Counted from the first letter of the stretch, positions 37,213-51,915 are shown. The stretch is 64,000 nt of DNA from Utricularia gibba (GCA_002189035.1 NEEC01000010.1:1736001-1800000); one strand, 5' to 3'. The notes: generated from the sequence alone by a model not told the origin. Made by a program: numbers and translations.

Positions 37213-38871
37213 TTACATGTTGGCGAGCTGCTGTATGTTGAACGGATGCGCAGCCTCCGGCCCACCGGAAAACGCCTTCTGGCCCAGTAGCACATTCACG
37301 GCTTCCGTCGGGTGATACGCGTCCCAGAAAACGTATCTCGTTCTATCCGGACACGGCGCCTGCATCGGTAGACACGTCACCTGACCCCTGTTCCTTCCAA
37401 GCCCACAGCACCCCCGGTTCGCAACAGTGAATCCTGGACGCAAAAGAAGCAATGCTTCATCTTCCACGGCAAAGCCAGGAGAATAAATGTTTTCATCCAG
37501 AACCCACATCCATTTTTGCCGAGGGTAAAGAGTTATACCACCCAAACACTAGAAATTAATCTGTTCCTTCATAAAAACTTTGCGCAGACCCTAGAGTGTA
37601 CTTTTGTTCAAAAGTCAAAAGTAGGTAGAAAGGGAGAGTTCCTCGTCTCTTTCCATGCATTAATGAGCGTGAAGAAGAGAATCCGTAATCCAGAAAAACG
37701 ACTTCGGAGTGAGTTGGAAACAAAGTTTTCAGCTTTACCGTATGATGCGGGGTTGACGAGGATATCCTGGAAGGTGTTGCCGATGTCGATGAACGTAAAT
37801 CTGGAACCAGGAAGATTCGCGTTGAGGCGATTAACCATCATTTTTGTGTTGGTGTTGAAGGGCGAATGAGTTCATTCACTGCATCAGAGCAGGCGCCATT
37901 AGCGCTCTGAGCAAGAATACTTGGAATGCACCCCATTGCACCAAGTCCCGCAACTGCAAACTTCCTTGCACCCAGATTGTACAATCTCTACAGTGGCACG
38001 AAAGAGCAAGAACCCATGTAGGATTTAGCCAAAAAATGTAGAAAAATTTAATCTTGATACTTACGACGAGTTGCTGGGTGTATTGCCGGGTCAAGAGATC
38101 TGCATATTGTTGCCCGTTGTAGTGATTCTTGGTATCGTAGTTCGGCATGAGGTAGTTGTTCAAGTAATCGTTGCTTCCCATTCCGATAAAGAATATGGAC
38201 TTGGCTATGCCCTGTGAGAGGTCAGCGGCGCCGAGGATGCTGGAAAGTTGGTCGAGGGTGTTCTCAAAGTTCTTGATTTGCTGGTTGAATGGTATTCTCC
38301 CCACCTGGGTTTTTGTTCCCAATCAGGCTACGAATCCTAGAACTTAAGAAACAAGAGCAAGAAACTCACGAAGTTTCCGCCGGTGTTGTCAAGAATTCCG
38401 GCAGCCGCGGAGGCGAAGTTAACCCCGAATCTCATACGATCCCCTGAAGCCTGAGCCTCAGAAAACGGCGGAATCAAGGGAAGACCAAGAAGCTCAGCTG
38501 CATTACATGCAAACCAAGGTTTAAAACCACAAACAAAACACTACCCACGCAGCAGATTACCAACACACAGCAGAGTTTGATATCAGATTACCAATAGCGT
38601 CAACCATGGTGAAACCATTCGAAAACCGCCCCGTCGGGCCGCCGCGGAAGTCGATTCCGTAAGGCAAATAGTTAGCCTTCGCGAAAGAAGCCAGGTTGTT
38701 GTTGTTCCCATTGTCAATGAGAGAATCTCCAAACACAAACATGGCCGGAACCAACGCCGGCCGGCCACTGACTCCGGCCTCTTCCTGCGCGTTCCCATGT
38801 TTGACGGCACAAACGGCCAGAACAACGACGACCCAGACAAACCCCTTTGACAGGAACCGAGTCTCCGCCAT
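37213..38871 (-). CDS. GDSL esterase/lipase, secreted, 5 exons
   Basis: [59 protein letters not shown] (catalytic D/H). 1-bp deletion near 37861. Confidence 0.95.
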
Positions 38872-39429
38872 GGCACAAAAAGTAGGAAGCTCAGAGCAGG
38901 TCTCCCGCTGCTGAAGAGAGGGTAAATATTTTAAAGGCGAAAAGGGTAGTTCGGGAAGAGTAAATGTTCCCACCGGTTACCTGCTCTGTATAGTAAATAC
39001 GTGCCATCAATTCCAAGCACTGCCACCCCTTCCCCTTCCCCGGCGACCAGACCACCAGAAAAAAAAAAAAGAAAGAAAAGAATTCCAGAAAACATACCTA
39101 TAAATAACTATAAAAAATTAAATAAACCATAGCACATCATTCAAAAAGTGTCGGTGGATTAGAGTCCCGTTGATAACTATGTACGGCGTATTTTTCATTA
39201 TAAAAAAATTGTTCTTCAACAAATTTTCTTAATCATTTGAATTTTAGTTTTATTTTATTTTAAACAAATTTAATAATTTCTATTATTTTAAATATAATTT
39301 ATAAAATATATATTCAAAATAGTTTCATTTTTTTTGAAAAATGATACTAATTATATAAATATTAATAAACCAAATGCATTATTCATTAACCATTTTATAT
39401 AAAATTGAATGCATGTGGTTCAATTTTTA

Positions 39430-39717
39430 GTATGTGTTTGGTAATATAATTTAATTAATAATGTATTTGAATTATTTATAATGAAATAAATACATGTCTT
39501 GTAATTAAGATTAAAATTTATTTGATACATATATTTTGCACATACATATTTAAAACAGAATGATGTTTGGTATATGTATTTAGAATAAATAATTTATAAT
39601 TTGAGTTGTTTAACAAAAATCACTTAAAAAATGAGTTTTGAAATATCTAATTTAAAGTATTTTACAGTTATTTTATAAAACATTCTGTATTGTTAAACTA
39701 GTCTACCAAACATATAC
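39430..39717. mobile_element. Tourist/PIF-Harbinger-like MITE relic
   Basis: Terminal inverted repeats GTATGTGTTTGGTA (39430) and TACCAAACATATAC (ends 39717), 13/14 match, AT-rich interior. TTA precedes the left end but is not duplicated on the right. Confidence 0.5.
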
Positions 39718-40112
39718 GGATGTTTAAAAAATAGAACTAATTTTTTTCCAATTCTAAGTATGTTTGAGAACCACATATCATACCAATATCTTAAAAATTA
39801 AGGATTCAATTTAAAACTCTATCTGTTTCAATCTAAATTTATGATTAAACCGAAGAATGCGTTCAATATTTTTTTAAAATTAATTTTTATTTTTCCAAAT
39901 ATTTCAATATATAATTAAAAATATTGAAATAGATTAAATATATTATTAAAAAGAATTAATAAAAAATACATTATTAAACCCAAATAGATTTGAACACACT
40001 CTTGAAACTATCTTCACACACGTTTAATAATAGTTGAGTTTTATTACATACATATCACAATGTCCTCACGCCATCCGTACACTATATCTAACACATTAAA
40101 TTAAAATATATA

Positions 40113-40124
40113 GGGTGTGTTTGG
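40113..40124 (+). repeat. Solo Tourist-like TIR GGGTGTGTTTGG, with a related copy AGGTGTGTTTGG at 41466
   Basis: Motifs read directly; no matching opposite ends found. Confidence 0.35.
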
Positions 40125-42180
40125 TTTATGGGAAATGGGATTAAATGGGTTTAGTTTATTTGTGTTTAAATAAAGTTGGTGGATTGGGATTAATTTTTTA
40201 AGTAGTGTTTAGTCATTGGTAATAAGAATGAGATTATGTGGTTTTAGGTAAAGGAAGGGAGGGGTATGGTTTTAAATAAACCCATGTAGTTAGGATTAAA
40301 AAAACCCATGTAATTTCAGGTTTATTTAAACATATTAACTAAACATCTTATAATTCATAATCATAATTTTAAACACATGTAATGCCATAAATCTTTAGGA
40401 GACGACATGCCCTAATTTTTATATCATGAGCAGACGACGACACTTGGATAAAGAGCATGGGATCCGAGTGTCCAAGAATGATGATGTCTCCGAGGCATTA
40501 ATTGGAGATACAGGAGACAGTCTCCCTCCATCCCCATCCCATTTGACTCCCCTCCTTTGGGCGCACAAATAATACAACACGACGACACCTCCCCGCCACA
40601 CAATTCAATACCATCAATCAATCCCTCAAACTCCCACACTCACAGACCTTAACATCCCGTCTACCCATTTCAAAATCTTGTTTTTCAAGTACGTCGAAAT
40701 GCGTTGTGTTTCCTCAGGCGTCCATGGAAGCTTCTGGAAGTGCTTCCTTTCACCGACAGAGAAAGGAGAGGGTGCGTGGAGCCGGACCGGGACCGGGACC
40801 GACCGGGTTGGGGCTGCTGAATACAATGAAGGCGACACCGATTCAACTCCATTGAATTTCCACATCCCTGATGGCAGATGAGTGGGTGGCTGCCCCCCCA
40901 CGACCCCCCCCCCCCCCTGGCTGTAAATACAAGCCTTGCGCAGTTGATAGCCCAATCATATTCATCGCGGTAACTCCGGGTAAGACTGTACAGGCAGACA
41001 GACGGTAACATTTCTGGGTGAAGTTCAGTCAGGAACTTACTGGGTGGCGATTAGAATAGTTACAGTCGCAAACAACCCATTAATAGCGTACCTGAAAGAC
41101 CACAATCGCTAGTAAAAATTTATTTCCACCCCCCTGAGAGTAAATATGTTTACCCCAGAGGCATGAATTGGAATTGGGTCAAGTCAAATAATAACATTTA
41201 CTGGGGGCTCTTATGTTACCATGCAGTTAACACAGGGAATTAATTATTGACTTGCTGTCACCTTTTTTTTTTTAAACTATCCATTTTTACTCTGTTTTCA
41301 ACTCATCTCGTCAATAGTTGAGTTGAATTTGCTAATCATAAGTTTGATTACTAGTTTTGGGCTTTATGTTTTTTTTAACTTCAAAATTCAAATTTTTAAA
41401 CCTTAAAATAAAAAAGAAAAATAATGAAAGAGTTCAAAAAGTTAGATTGAATACTTAAATACTCAAGGTGTGTTTGGTTGTTTGATGCAAAGTGGGTATA
41501 AGTGGGTTGATAAAAGATACCCTTATTTGGTATTTTATTAAATATTTAACTAGTTTTTACACCAAAATCCACATAGAATTCTTCATAAACCTAATTTGTA
41601 AGTATTTTTTAAACTCATTAATTATATGGGTTTTGAGAATACACATCTATATCCAAATAAATTATACCCAAATTCTCTAATTACATGATTTTTTTGGGAA
41701 AAAAAATCTTATATAAGATTAATATAATTCTTTTACGTAATCATATACCTCTTCCTCCTAATATACCAAAATTTAGTAATATATTATTAATATTTTATAT
41801 TTTAATATAATTCAAGTTAATTTATTAAAGAAGTTAAAAAATGTAGTTTATTATGATCAAACTTATGTTTGAGTTTTGACGAATCTATATAGAATTTAAC
41901 CGATCAAGATCAGGTTATGAACTGAATCATCCCAAGCGATTTTAAACCCATACTTGAAAACATAGTCTCCCACACATGATCAAGACTTCAAATTTCTCGG
42001 AAATTTGACTTTTGGATCTAATATGAAATCCAAAAAACGAACCAGTCTGTCTAATAATTCTCGTATTTGAATTGAAATGCATTAGGTACTATAATCCGAC
42101 GGAATAAACTTAGGATGAAGGCGAGGGAAGACAAAACTGCCGGAGTGGAAGGGAAACTCGGGTTGTGTGGTACCTTATCT

Positions 42181-44120
42181 TCACTTGAAACATTTGGCAT
42201 CCAGCAAGGGCTCTCCCTCAAAAGGCTCGGCATCTTCAATCATCTGACTGGCCCTCTCCTTCTGAGACTCGTCGGTTATGTCGACCTTCGTCCAGTCGTA
42301 GAGTTCCATGTCGTAGCACTCGTCGAGGACAAACTGGGGGATTTCAATACCCCGGAAGAGCCAGAGCCCCTTCACCTTAAACGGAGGGTTGGCACCGATG
42401 ACCAACATCTTACCAAATGCGTACTTGCGGGCAAGATCCATACGCTGCAGGAAGCCACTCACCTTGTTGAGTGTGACGAATGAGACTGTGTTCTCATCGT
42501 TATACTTGTAGTCACAGAACCATAGGGAGTATCCTTCGGGGTCGTACATGTCCCAGAACCCTGTGAGGAATTGTCTGGATTTGTTAGAAGTGGAGAGTAA
42601 GAAACGCAGACAATCACGGCTGGTGTGGAAGAGTACCTTTGATGGCAACCTCACGGAAGTTGGTTTTAGTGTTGGAGTACAGCCTCTTCCAGTCATCCAT
42701 GATCATCTTACTGGGAGGCAGTAGATCCAGAGGATTCTTTGCTTTTGGTTTGGGTGCTTCTTCTTCTTCATCATGCTCTACGGGTTTTGATTCTTTCTTT
42801 GCCTCCTTTGGCTCCTCTTTCTTAGGCTTCGTTGGTTCCTTTGGCTTTGCAGGTTCCTTCTGTGGTACAGGCTTCTTTGAAGCAACTGGTGGAACGGATT
42901 CTGATTGCGTAACTTCTCCACATATCTTCTTGAAATTTGGCTGATTGACAATAGTCCAAAAGTATCTCTCGACATGGGGGAATTCTGAGGTGAAACTCTT
43001 TGTCAAGACTGTCTTAAATCCATAAGTGAGGTTGCATGTCATGACGATATCAGCAAGCGTCACACTATGACCAACCAAGTAGGTATTTGCGGAAAGATAC
43101 ACATTAAGAGCTCCCAAAGCTCTCTTCAATGCAACAATTGCAGCTTCCTCAGCCTTTGTTCAAAAGAAGAAGAAAAGACAATAAAAGTCATCGCGTGCTC
43201 TTATGGAACATGGTCATGAAAAAATTTATCATACCGGGGGAAGATATACACCATAGCCAAGTCGTGGATACAGCCATCTCGCAATATTGGCATCGATCTC
43301 ATTAGCGCTAAAATCGATCCATTGCTCAACGTGGCCCTAAGATAATCGGGAAACAAGCTCAAGTGCAGGGCTAACAAGAGAACTAGGCATTTTCATGAAT
43401 TAATCAAACACAGCAAAGAGCAGGAAAACGTCCAAGAATTTGCGTCTTACGTAATCAAGCAAGGTTGTGCCATACAAAGAGCTATCCGGATTCAAACGAG
43501 CCACTGCCGGAAATTCATAGATTCGATCATCAAGTAACCGGAAAAAGTTATTTTCCCGCAATAGTCATAATTAGATGGAAACTCACCATATCGTGCAATG
43601 GCGTTGCTCTCGAATATTGGACCATCTGCAGTCTCGAGAACGGGGACCTGCAAAACCAATTCGCATCAGGATAAGGGAAAAGCCTTCACTGGAAAGAAAC
43701 AATCATGAAATGTAGCGCAGCAGCTACCTTTCCAATGGGATTCATCTTGAGAAACTCAGGTGTCTTGTTCGAAACACCAAAAACAAAGTCCTTGACTAAT
43801 TCAAGCTTCACACCACTATACTCGGCTGCAATCAGCGCCTTGAATGCGTTCTTGTTTCCATCATTAGCATGCAGAATCTGCACAAAAAGGTTAAAAAAAA
43901 ACGACTAATTAATCAACCCATGTATCTTCCCGAACTTCCCAAAACCAGATCTTTTCGTGTAAATTATCAGCTAGTCCTTGAAGCCCATGGCATTTCACAC
44001 CAAACAACCACACAGAACGAATGCCGATCATAAACTTCGCATCATTTGAACACTATAAATAGATCTATCACGCACAAAGAGGCCAGAATAAGAAAAGGAA
44101 ACGTCACTTACCAAAGCCAT
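42181..44120 (-). CDS. eEF1Bγ: Elongation factor 1B gamma
   Basis: MAL|ILHAN...NKNAFKALIAAEYSG...PEFLKMNPIGK|VPVLET...FESNAIARY, KAKNPLDLLPPS, FWDMYDPEGYSLWFCDYKYNDEN, C-terminus LLDAKCFK*. Telo-box (CTAGGGTTT) near 44349. Confidence 0.97.
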
Positions 44121-45304
44121 CTCAACAAATCTCGGAGTTACGCACTCAACTCCTCTTGAACCGGAAGGTCTGAATTAATAAGAACCCCTTATCAACAACA
44201 CTTCAATGTCAACAAAATTGCAGACTAGACGCATAGAAGGAACAGACCGACGACATCGAGAGAAAATCTACTCACCAGACGACTAACCGAACAGAAGGCG
44301 CCAACTCCGGAAGCCGAACGCCGACCCTCTAAACTCCAAAAAGATCTCTAGGGTTTCGTAACATTCAACGCTGCCAGCACCACCGAGAGAATATTCCTTA
44401 ACGAAAGGCATCTTCCGCATTTTCATCCTACAACGAAGGGCAATTTCGTCCTCTGAACTAAAAAAGTTATTTTTTAAAAGGATGTCATTTGAAATTATAA
44501 AGTATTACGGATTAATAATAATTAACGGATTAGGGAATTAATCTCCCCAAAAACGGGATTAGTAGTGTAAAAATGATTAATTAGGGGGAAGAGAGAGAGA
44601 GGGGGCCCAAGCACGATCCTGGATGACATGAAACCGAAGGTGATTTCTTTTTTTCTTACATTTTTTTTTTTTCACCCAGATCCTAAACAACGATGTGCTG
44701 GTCGAATCCACCAGAAAAGTTGTGTTCTTGTTCTGGGTAACCTTATTTTCTGTTGTAGTTGGGGCAAGGTAATTTATTATTCGGGATTTACTTGAGCTTC
44801 TTTTCTTGTTCGAAGGATTTTCAATGTGTTGCATGTAGATGGAACATGTCATGATAGTTTTCGCGTAGGGGGTATCTACGTTATCTTTGGATTTCTTTCC
44901 TTGTCAATTTTACGGGGTTTGGATTCTCATATTTGTGTTTTTCTTTCCGAGAATGTGAAATGCAAATGGAATGATGATTCTGCATTATGTGTATGAATGG
45001 ATTAGGGCTTGTATTGCTTTAATCCTCCTTTTGTTTTCTCAAACTTGGCTTGTTATTTGAGAAATGTGGGCGTGGATCATCTTAGCTTTTGTTGGATCTA
45101 ATTAGTTCAGTGCTCCATTGGTGGGATAACTGCGTGCACCCCTGAATATTGGTTGGAGCAATGAGCAATCAATCTGCTCTTGGGAGACCACAGTCAGGTG
45201 TGTTGTTACGACTTTGATGTACGTTTTAAGGTGCTGAGATGAATTTGAGTCTTCTTTATGGAGTGGAGTATTTCCCTCAGTTAAGATAGGTAGTTGCACA
45301 CATC

Positions 45305-47025
45305 ATGTGGTATGAGTTTCATATTTTCGCTCAAGCAGCAGCATATGCATCATCCGGTCTGAGATGTTGGATGAAAATGTCTTTTTTTTTTATTGACGTG
45401 AAGATATGGTGCCGTGATAATGCCATGCATGGTCGTTGAATTAGTAGAATGTGAAAATCTCCTCTCTTTCTCAACTGCGTCTAATTGTGAGTTGTTCACA
45501 CTGATGCTCAATGGAAATCTCAGGTAAAAGAAGATTGAAAGAACTTTTAGCTCAGAAGGATAACCGTCTGTGTGCAGATTGTGGCGCTCCAGACCCAAAA
45601 TGGGCGTGAGTTGCTGAACTTGTTTAACCATGCTATGTAGTCTCCAACAGGACTACATATTCTCCTCACCATGTGTTGGTTTTACTTTCTCAGATCAGCA
45701 AACGTTGGCGTCTTTATATGTTTGAAGTGCTGTGGCGTGCACAGAAGCCTCGGTTCGCATATATCAAAGGTGATGACTCAGGACATTTTTTGTCTGAAAC
45801 AGTTTCCCTTTCCATGAAAATGCCTGTTTTCTTTAGACTCATCATGTCTCATCATTTCCATCCTCAGGTATTATCAGTGACATTAGATGAATGGTCAGAT
45901 GAAGAGATTGATGCAGTGATTGAAGTCGGTGGGAATGCAGCTGCAAATTCCATTTATGAGTCTTATCTTCCCGAAGGGGTGAGAAAGCCTCGGCCAGATG
46001 CTTCGCATGAGCAACGTGCAAAATTTATCAAGTGAGCCTGAACATTCCTCATCTTTCTTCCTGAGTGGCTTAATGCCCTTTATTTACTTGTTATCCTATA
46101 ATCATCAGGTGCTGTATGTAAATTTTTCCTTATTTCCCATCATGAGTTCCTTCCAGGTCTAAGTACGAGCTTCAAGAATTTTTGAAACCCAGCTTGCGGA
46201 TCGCATCTGGTGGCTCCTCAAAGACTTCATTTCAAGGTAGTTTATCAAGCGATAACTATCGTTCTTCTAGTTCATCTGACAACTCGGTATGTTTTTCGTG
46301 CAACATTATTTCAAATCTTTGCTTTGGGGAAATTGATTTTGATATGCAAGTTCCTCCCCACAATAGAAAAGAACAGAGGAATATATTGGAACATTGAAGA
46401 TCAAGGTTCTTAAGGGCACAAATTTAGCCGTCCGAGACATGCTGTCAAGTGATCCATACATCATTCTCTCCCTTGGAAAACAGGTAATGTAGCTCCCTTT
46501 GCAGCAACAAAAGAAACCAGATACCTTCCCACTTAATGGTGATGGAATTTTGGCTCTTTGAATCACTAGACTGTTCAGACAAGTGTGGTAACGAGTAATC
46601 TGAATCCCATCTGGAACGAGGAGCTAAAGCTTAAGATTCCCCATGACTATGGCCCCATCAAACTGGTAAACTTTTTTCCCATGGAAAATTTGCACCTGAT
46701 GTTCATTCCTGCGCATCACCTCACATTTTGCCTCAAAATGCAGCAAGTCTACGACCACGACATGTTCTCAGCAGACGACATTATGGGAGAAGCAGATATT
46801 GACATTCTGCCGATGATAACATCTGCCTTGGCTTTTGGTGATCCGGGAATGTTTTCCGACATGCAGATAGGAAAGTGGCTGAAATCCTACGACAATGCCC
46901 TCATAGAAGACAGCCCCGTGAACATTGTTGATGGGAAGGTGAAACAGGATCTCTGGCTGAGGCTCCAGAACGTAGAGTCTGGTGAGGTGGAGCTTGAACT
47001 GGAGTGGCTTCCTTTAGGTGCTTAG
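45305..47025 (+). CDS. AGD: ARF-GAP domain plus C2 domain protein (ZAC/AGD11-13 class); start codon uncertain
   Basis: NRLCADCGAPDPKW|ASANVGVFICLKCCGVHRSLG zinc finger, VTLDEWSDEE, C2 domain GTNLAVRDMLSSDPY...VYDHDMFSADDIMGEA, C-terminus ESGEVELELEWLPLGA*. Confidence 0.92.
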
Positions 47026-47850
47026 TAGAATTTTTGGAATACATTCTCTAATGACAAGCTGGTTCTACCAACTCTATTTCATCTTTTACATGAGTAAATT
47101 TGAAAATAGAAATAATTTGTAGAAAAAGAAATAGATTTTAATTGTTTTAGAAAACAGTAAAAATATTTTCTAAATAAGAATATTGTTTTATGTAAAATTA
47201 TTTTTGAAATAAAATTTGAGATTAAACAAAACAAATTCATACATTCCAATAAATATCTTTAGTTTTAATTTGTTCATACCAACATTAATGCATGAGATAT
47301 CATCAAAATTTCAAATTTAAATATACTTAAACTAGAGTAATGGAGTAATGGTAGGAATAATATTTTGAAAAGTAAGAAAATTTCTTTAATCTTGCATAAT
47401 GTATTTTTTTGAAAAAATATAACATAAAACAATGAAATTTAGATATTCAAAACAGACAATATCATATAAAAAAATATACAATTAAATTTGATATCAGATA
47501 TAAATCCGAACCTATAATCGATGGTAAGACAAAGAGATTAAGTTAAGGATTTTATCATTTTTCGGTTGTTAATAAAGACAGGTTCAAGAATTTTTTTTTT
47601 TAGAACATTAATACAAAACGTGGTTCTGGAAACCTGCGCTGTTATAATCTTGACAGTGTCCGTAATTGTTGAAGACAAAGCGAAGTCGAGGGGGCGGTTT
47701 GGGATTTCATCTGAAAATGAGGGGCTAAAAACGCAGCCGTGAAAATTGAGGGGCCATTTTGAAAATATGATGGGTTGAAATTTAAAATTATGGGAAAACG
47801 TTTGCAGGAACCTCATCTGCTTTGGCTTGGGGTTTATCTGGTCTCTGTAA

Positions 47851-50747
47851 ATGGCTGCGTCTGTGTCGTGGTTCTATCAAGGTCTCTGCGCTTGTTTCTC
47901 GCTCCGTTTCATTTCACGGCACCTGCTCTTCCCTTGATTTTCTGCGCTTCCTGTTTTTGCAGATGGAGGAATGGGAAGATGTGCGGCTCCAGTTGATGGA
48001 CACGTTTCCAGGAAATACGTCACACTCTGTTTCAAGGTTCATTGCGTACTGTGTTTTAGGCGGCATTTTGATTCTAGATACGTGGCCCTTTGATTCATTT
48101 CTTTGGGAACTATACTGAGTATCATTTTTATGTGAGCAAAAGAACTTGATTTATTTCCTGTGTTAATTTGTTTGAAAACATGTTCATGTCTCTTAGTGAT
48201 CTTCTTTACGCTATTTTTTCGAATTTTTTGGGGTTTTTGCCTTCATCCGACCGGTGTTCCACCACTTGGATGACGTGAACGCAGGTTTTCCCATTTTGTC
48301 CAGCTTTTACACTGTTTCTAGCAATCTCGTTCTCATATTCAACCAGTTTGTCTGACATTGGATTGTTTTAGGTGTAATTGTATCTATGATAGACATTTTT
48401 CGCCATCCAGGTACCTTTTACAGGTCTCGACACTTCATCAGCTGCGGAGTTTAGATATAGCTTCCAAAGTTACCCAAAAAAGTCTCCCTTGCTTCCCTGC
48501 ATCAAGTGTGAGAAAAAGGACAGGGAGCCTGATCACGTTGAGATTTCAGTTGAGCGATACCCATATCACAGTTACATGGACTCCACTTCGGGGGAGCTTG
48601 AGCCAGCTTCTGGCGCACGGTCAAGCATCCCTGGAGAGGGGTATTGGCCTGAAGGCACAGCGAGTCGGGTTAGAGCTGACAGGGCTCCTGAACCAACTGG
48701 TTTATCTACTGGGAAGCCATCATTTGGAAAAAAGCCTGGGAGTAGAAGGAAGAAGTACAAACCTGCTGCTGAAGCTTTTGAAACATCGGAAGTTAACGTT
48801 TTGACGAACAGTCAAACTGAAACTGAGTCTGCAGGGTATTCATCTGACGAACCAAGGGATGAAATTTCAGATTATGTTGTTTATCAGACAGCGCCAGAAC
48901 AAGAGTTGACGGGTTATGAGTTGGACAAGAAGGTCGGACGCCCTCATCCTTTTGTTGATCCTAAAGCTAAGAAGCCAATAGATCCGCCACTCAGCAATGA
49001 AGAACTTTGGTGGAACTGGAGGAAGCCTGAAAAAGAACAGTGGTCTAGATGGCAAAAGAAGCGTCCAGATGTTGAGACAGTTAGTTCTTTTTATGAATTC
49101 TGTAGCAACATTGTTAAAGAATGTATGAAATACAGAAAATTTACTTCTCGTTAGTATTATATTGTTTCTAATCTCCTTTGTTTTTTGTTCAGGTGTTCCT
49201 TAAGGCTATGGCAGAAACCGGACAGATAAAACTCTATGGTGATGAGCCGACACAAACTGAGTGTGCTTTATATAGAGCAAGAAGGCATATCTTCAAAGAA
49301 GAGAGGTAATATAAGTTTTGGGGTATAGATGGATTTAAGAGAATCTGACTTCCTTCATCACCTTAGATGGGAAATGTTTATCAAGTAGTGTTGTTTTGTG
49401 CCTGATTAACTGACTATTTCTAGCTTTACCCTTCCCATTTGTTGAGTTATGATGAATCAATATATTTGTAGACTTCAAGCTGAACATGAAAAACTAGAAA
49501 GAGTTGGTCCACTGGCATATTACTCAGAATGGGTCAAAGCATGGAAAAGGGACACTTCACGTGAAGCTGTTCAAAAGCATTTTGAGGAAACTGGTGAAGA
49601 TGAAAACACCCAACTAATGCAAATGTTCATGTATCAGACAGAGAAGGAATATCGTATCATGATGGGCACTGATGTTCGTATCCAACGGGATCCCTTGGCA
49701 ATGAGAATGCGTGAAGATCAAATTAAACAAAGTTGGTGATGGCTTGTTCATACTTTGTATGCTCTATTATATGAAGGGGAAAAATCTGATTGTTTAATTT
49801 ATTGTTTTATTGCAGTATGGGGTGGTGATCCGGTATACCCAACCATTAATTATATTCAGGACCCCAATGCGGTGATCGACTTCAGGGTCCTGATTTCCAT
49901 GAACCAACTCCTAACATGTTAGATTATCTGAAAGAGGTATGTAAATTTCCCTTATCATCTGACAATGTGTTGTTCATTTCCACTATGTTGTGTTGCTGTT
50001 TATTTCCTCAAGTTATGGCTCCAAACTTTGAATTCAGTTTCTTTTGTCCTTCAAAAATCTGCCCAGTAATTCATAATAAATTTTGTTTCTCCCACTTTGC
50101 TTTCCTCAGCGCGGCAAGATAGTATCAAGAGAGGAGATGGACAAAATTCTCGCCAGCGAGAAGACAGTCGATCTGGAGGTGGGCAAAAAGAAAAGCATGC
50201 ACTGCCCTTCTTTGTTCCAAAACTTGTCTATATCACCCGCAAGATACTTGAAATCATCATATTTCTTGAATCATGCATTTTTTTTTCTTCTCTTATGCAC
50301 ATATATTATTACTACAGATAGCTGATATGGACGATGCCATGGCTCGTGCAGTCGACATTGGTGAAAACGAAGTGAGACAGTTATCAGTTCCCTCTCATTT
50401 GTTATCAGCTACTCACTAGTCTTCTCGTCATGGGTTTGCTTGCAACAGGATGAAGGGGACGTGAGCGATGCAGAAACTGAAGAAGAAGACGAGAAAATCA
50501 CACGCAACTGGAGTGTTGTGAAAAGCAATCCTGAACTCCTTGGGAAGTCCAAGGTGATGCTTGTTTGCATTTGGTTTTCTCTTCTCCTTTTGTTAAGATT
50601 TCATTGCAAATGCACCCTGAAAGAAACAAGTGCATGTCATTACAGCAGAACAAACCCCAAAAGGATGCCTTGTCTCTGGAAGAAGCTCTGGAGGACTCAG
50701 AGAACTTAACTGATTTTCTCCTCGATTTTGATCAAGAAGAAGACTGA
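47851..50747 (+). CDS. PTAC12: Plastid transcriptionally active chromosome 12 / HEMERA / PAP5
   Basis: ERYPYHSYMDSTSGELEPASGARSSIPG, GRPHPFVDP, WWNWRKPEKEQWSRWQK, GPLAYYSEWVKAWKRDTSREAVQKHFEETGEDENTQL, acidic C-terminus LTDFLLDFDQEED*. 1-bp deletion near 49886. Confidence 0.93.
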
Positions 50748-51915
50748 TCCTGAACTGTATGAGACTCTCATGTTTCCTTCACACACGAGTGACAGTTCAC
50801 CATTGTTTTGATGAAGAGAAAGCTGGATATTTCAATGGGCTGAAGTCCATACAGACAGTGTGCCACAATCAATTCAATGCCTACTCATTCAGCCAATTCG
50901 GGTCGGGTCGGCTTGTTAGAGTTGGTGGGTTTTCCCCGACCCGTTACAATGATTAGTTACTAATCCCTTGGTGAATGTTGTCGCTGGATGGACCACGTGA
51001 TGTTGCAAGAAAAAGAAAATTAATATCATATTACGTTAACTGCACTCCACCATCTCCAAATCAGGCATCCTGTTTCTCCGCAGCCGGAAATTGGAAGGAC
51101 AAAGAAGCCGATCAACTGAAATTTCTGAGGAAATACCGTAAGCAGACAGGCAGACGCTCTTCCGTTTCGCATACGTGATGCTTGTAGACAATATTTGCGC
51201 TTCTCGACGTGTTCATGGTGATTTTCTTTTTTCGATTTTCATCGTCGTCGATCACTGGATTTTGCAATTTTGATGGAGCTGGTGTTTCCATTGATAGGAC
51301 TGTTTGTCTCTTTTGATTCGGGGATTGCTTTGTTGCTTGTTTTCTGGCCTTTTCCGATGCCTTTTTCCTATATTCACTTCCATTCGGAAACTGGCTGATT
51401 ACTTAAATTTCTGGGATTTGGATTTTTTTATTGTTTCATGTTTTTCATTGCTCAGCAAGAATCTGTGCTTGGTTACTGATATTTTGAGGGTGGGTTCCCT
51501 TTTTATGCAGTGGGCAAGGAGTATTTATTTATCTTGGTTGAGTATCCGTTTTCGCTTACTCATCTTTTCTGGATGCTTTATGCCTTTCCTTGGTTTCCTT
51601 TTTTCAGTTTTATGTAAGGTTCACGACTCCTCTACGCTCAAGGTTCTCCTTTGGTGCTTGAAACGAAGAAAGAAATAGTAGTTGAGAAAGAAGTATCTTG
51701 AATGCTGTTTAGATTGGAAAGTGGAAAGCTCTTGAGGATATCTGTTGGAATTTCGGGGTTTGTATGCCTGTGTTCGCTCTTGAGTCAGAACTCGAAGAGA
51801 AGTCTTGAGTCAGATTTGGATTTTCATGTTGATCTTGCTGCACCCTTGTAGATGAACTTTTTGGAAGAAAATTGTCAGTTGGGAGCTAGAGTTTCCGTAC
51901 GCTCAGCCTAGAAAG

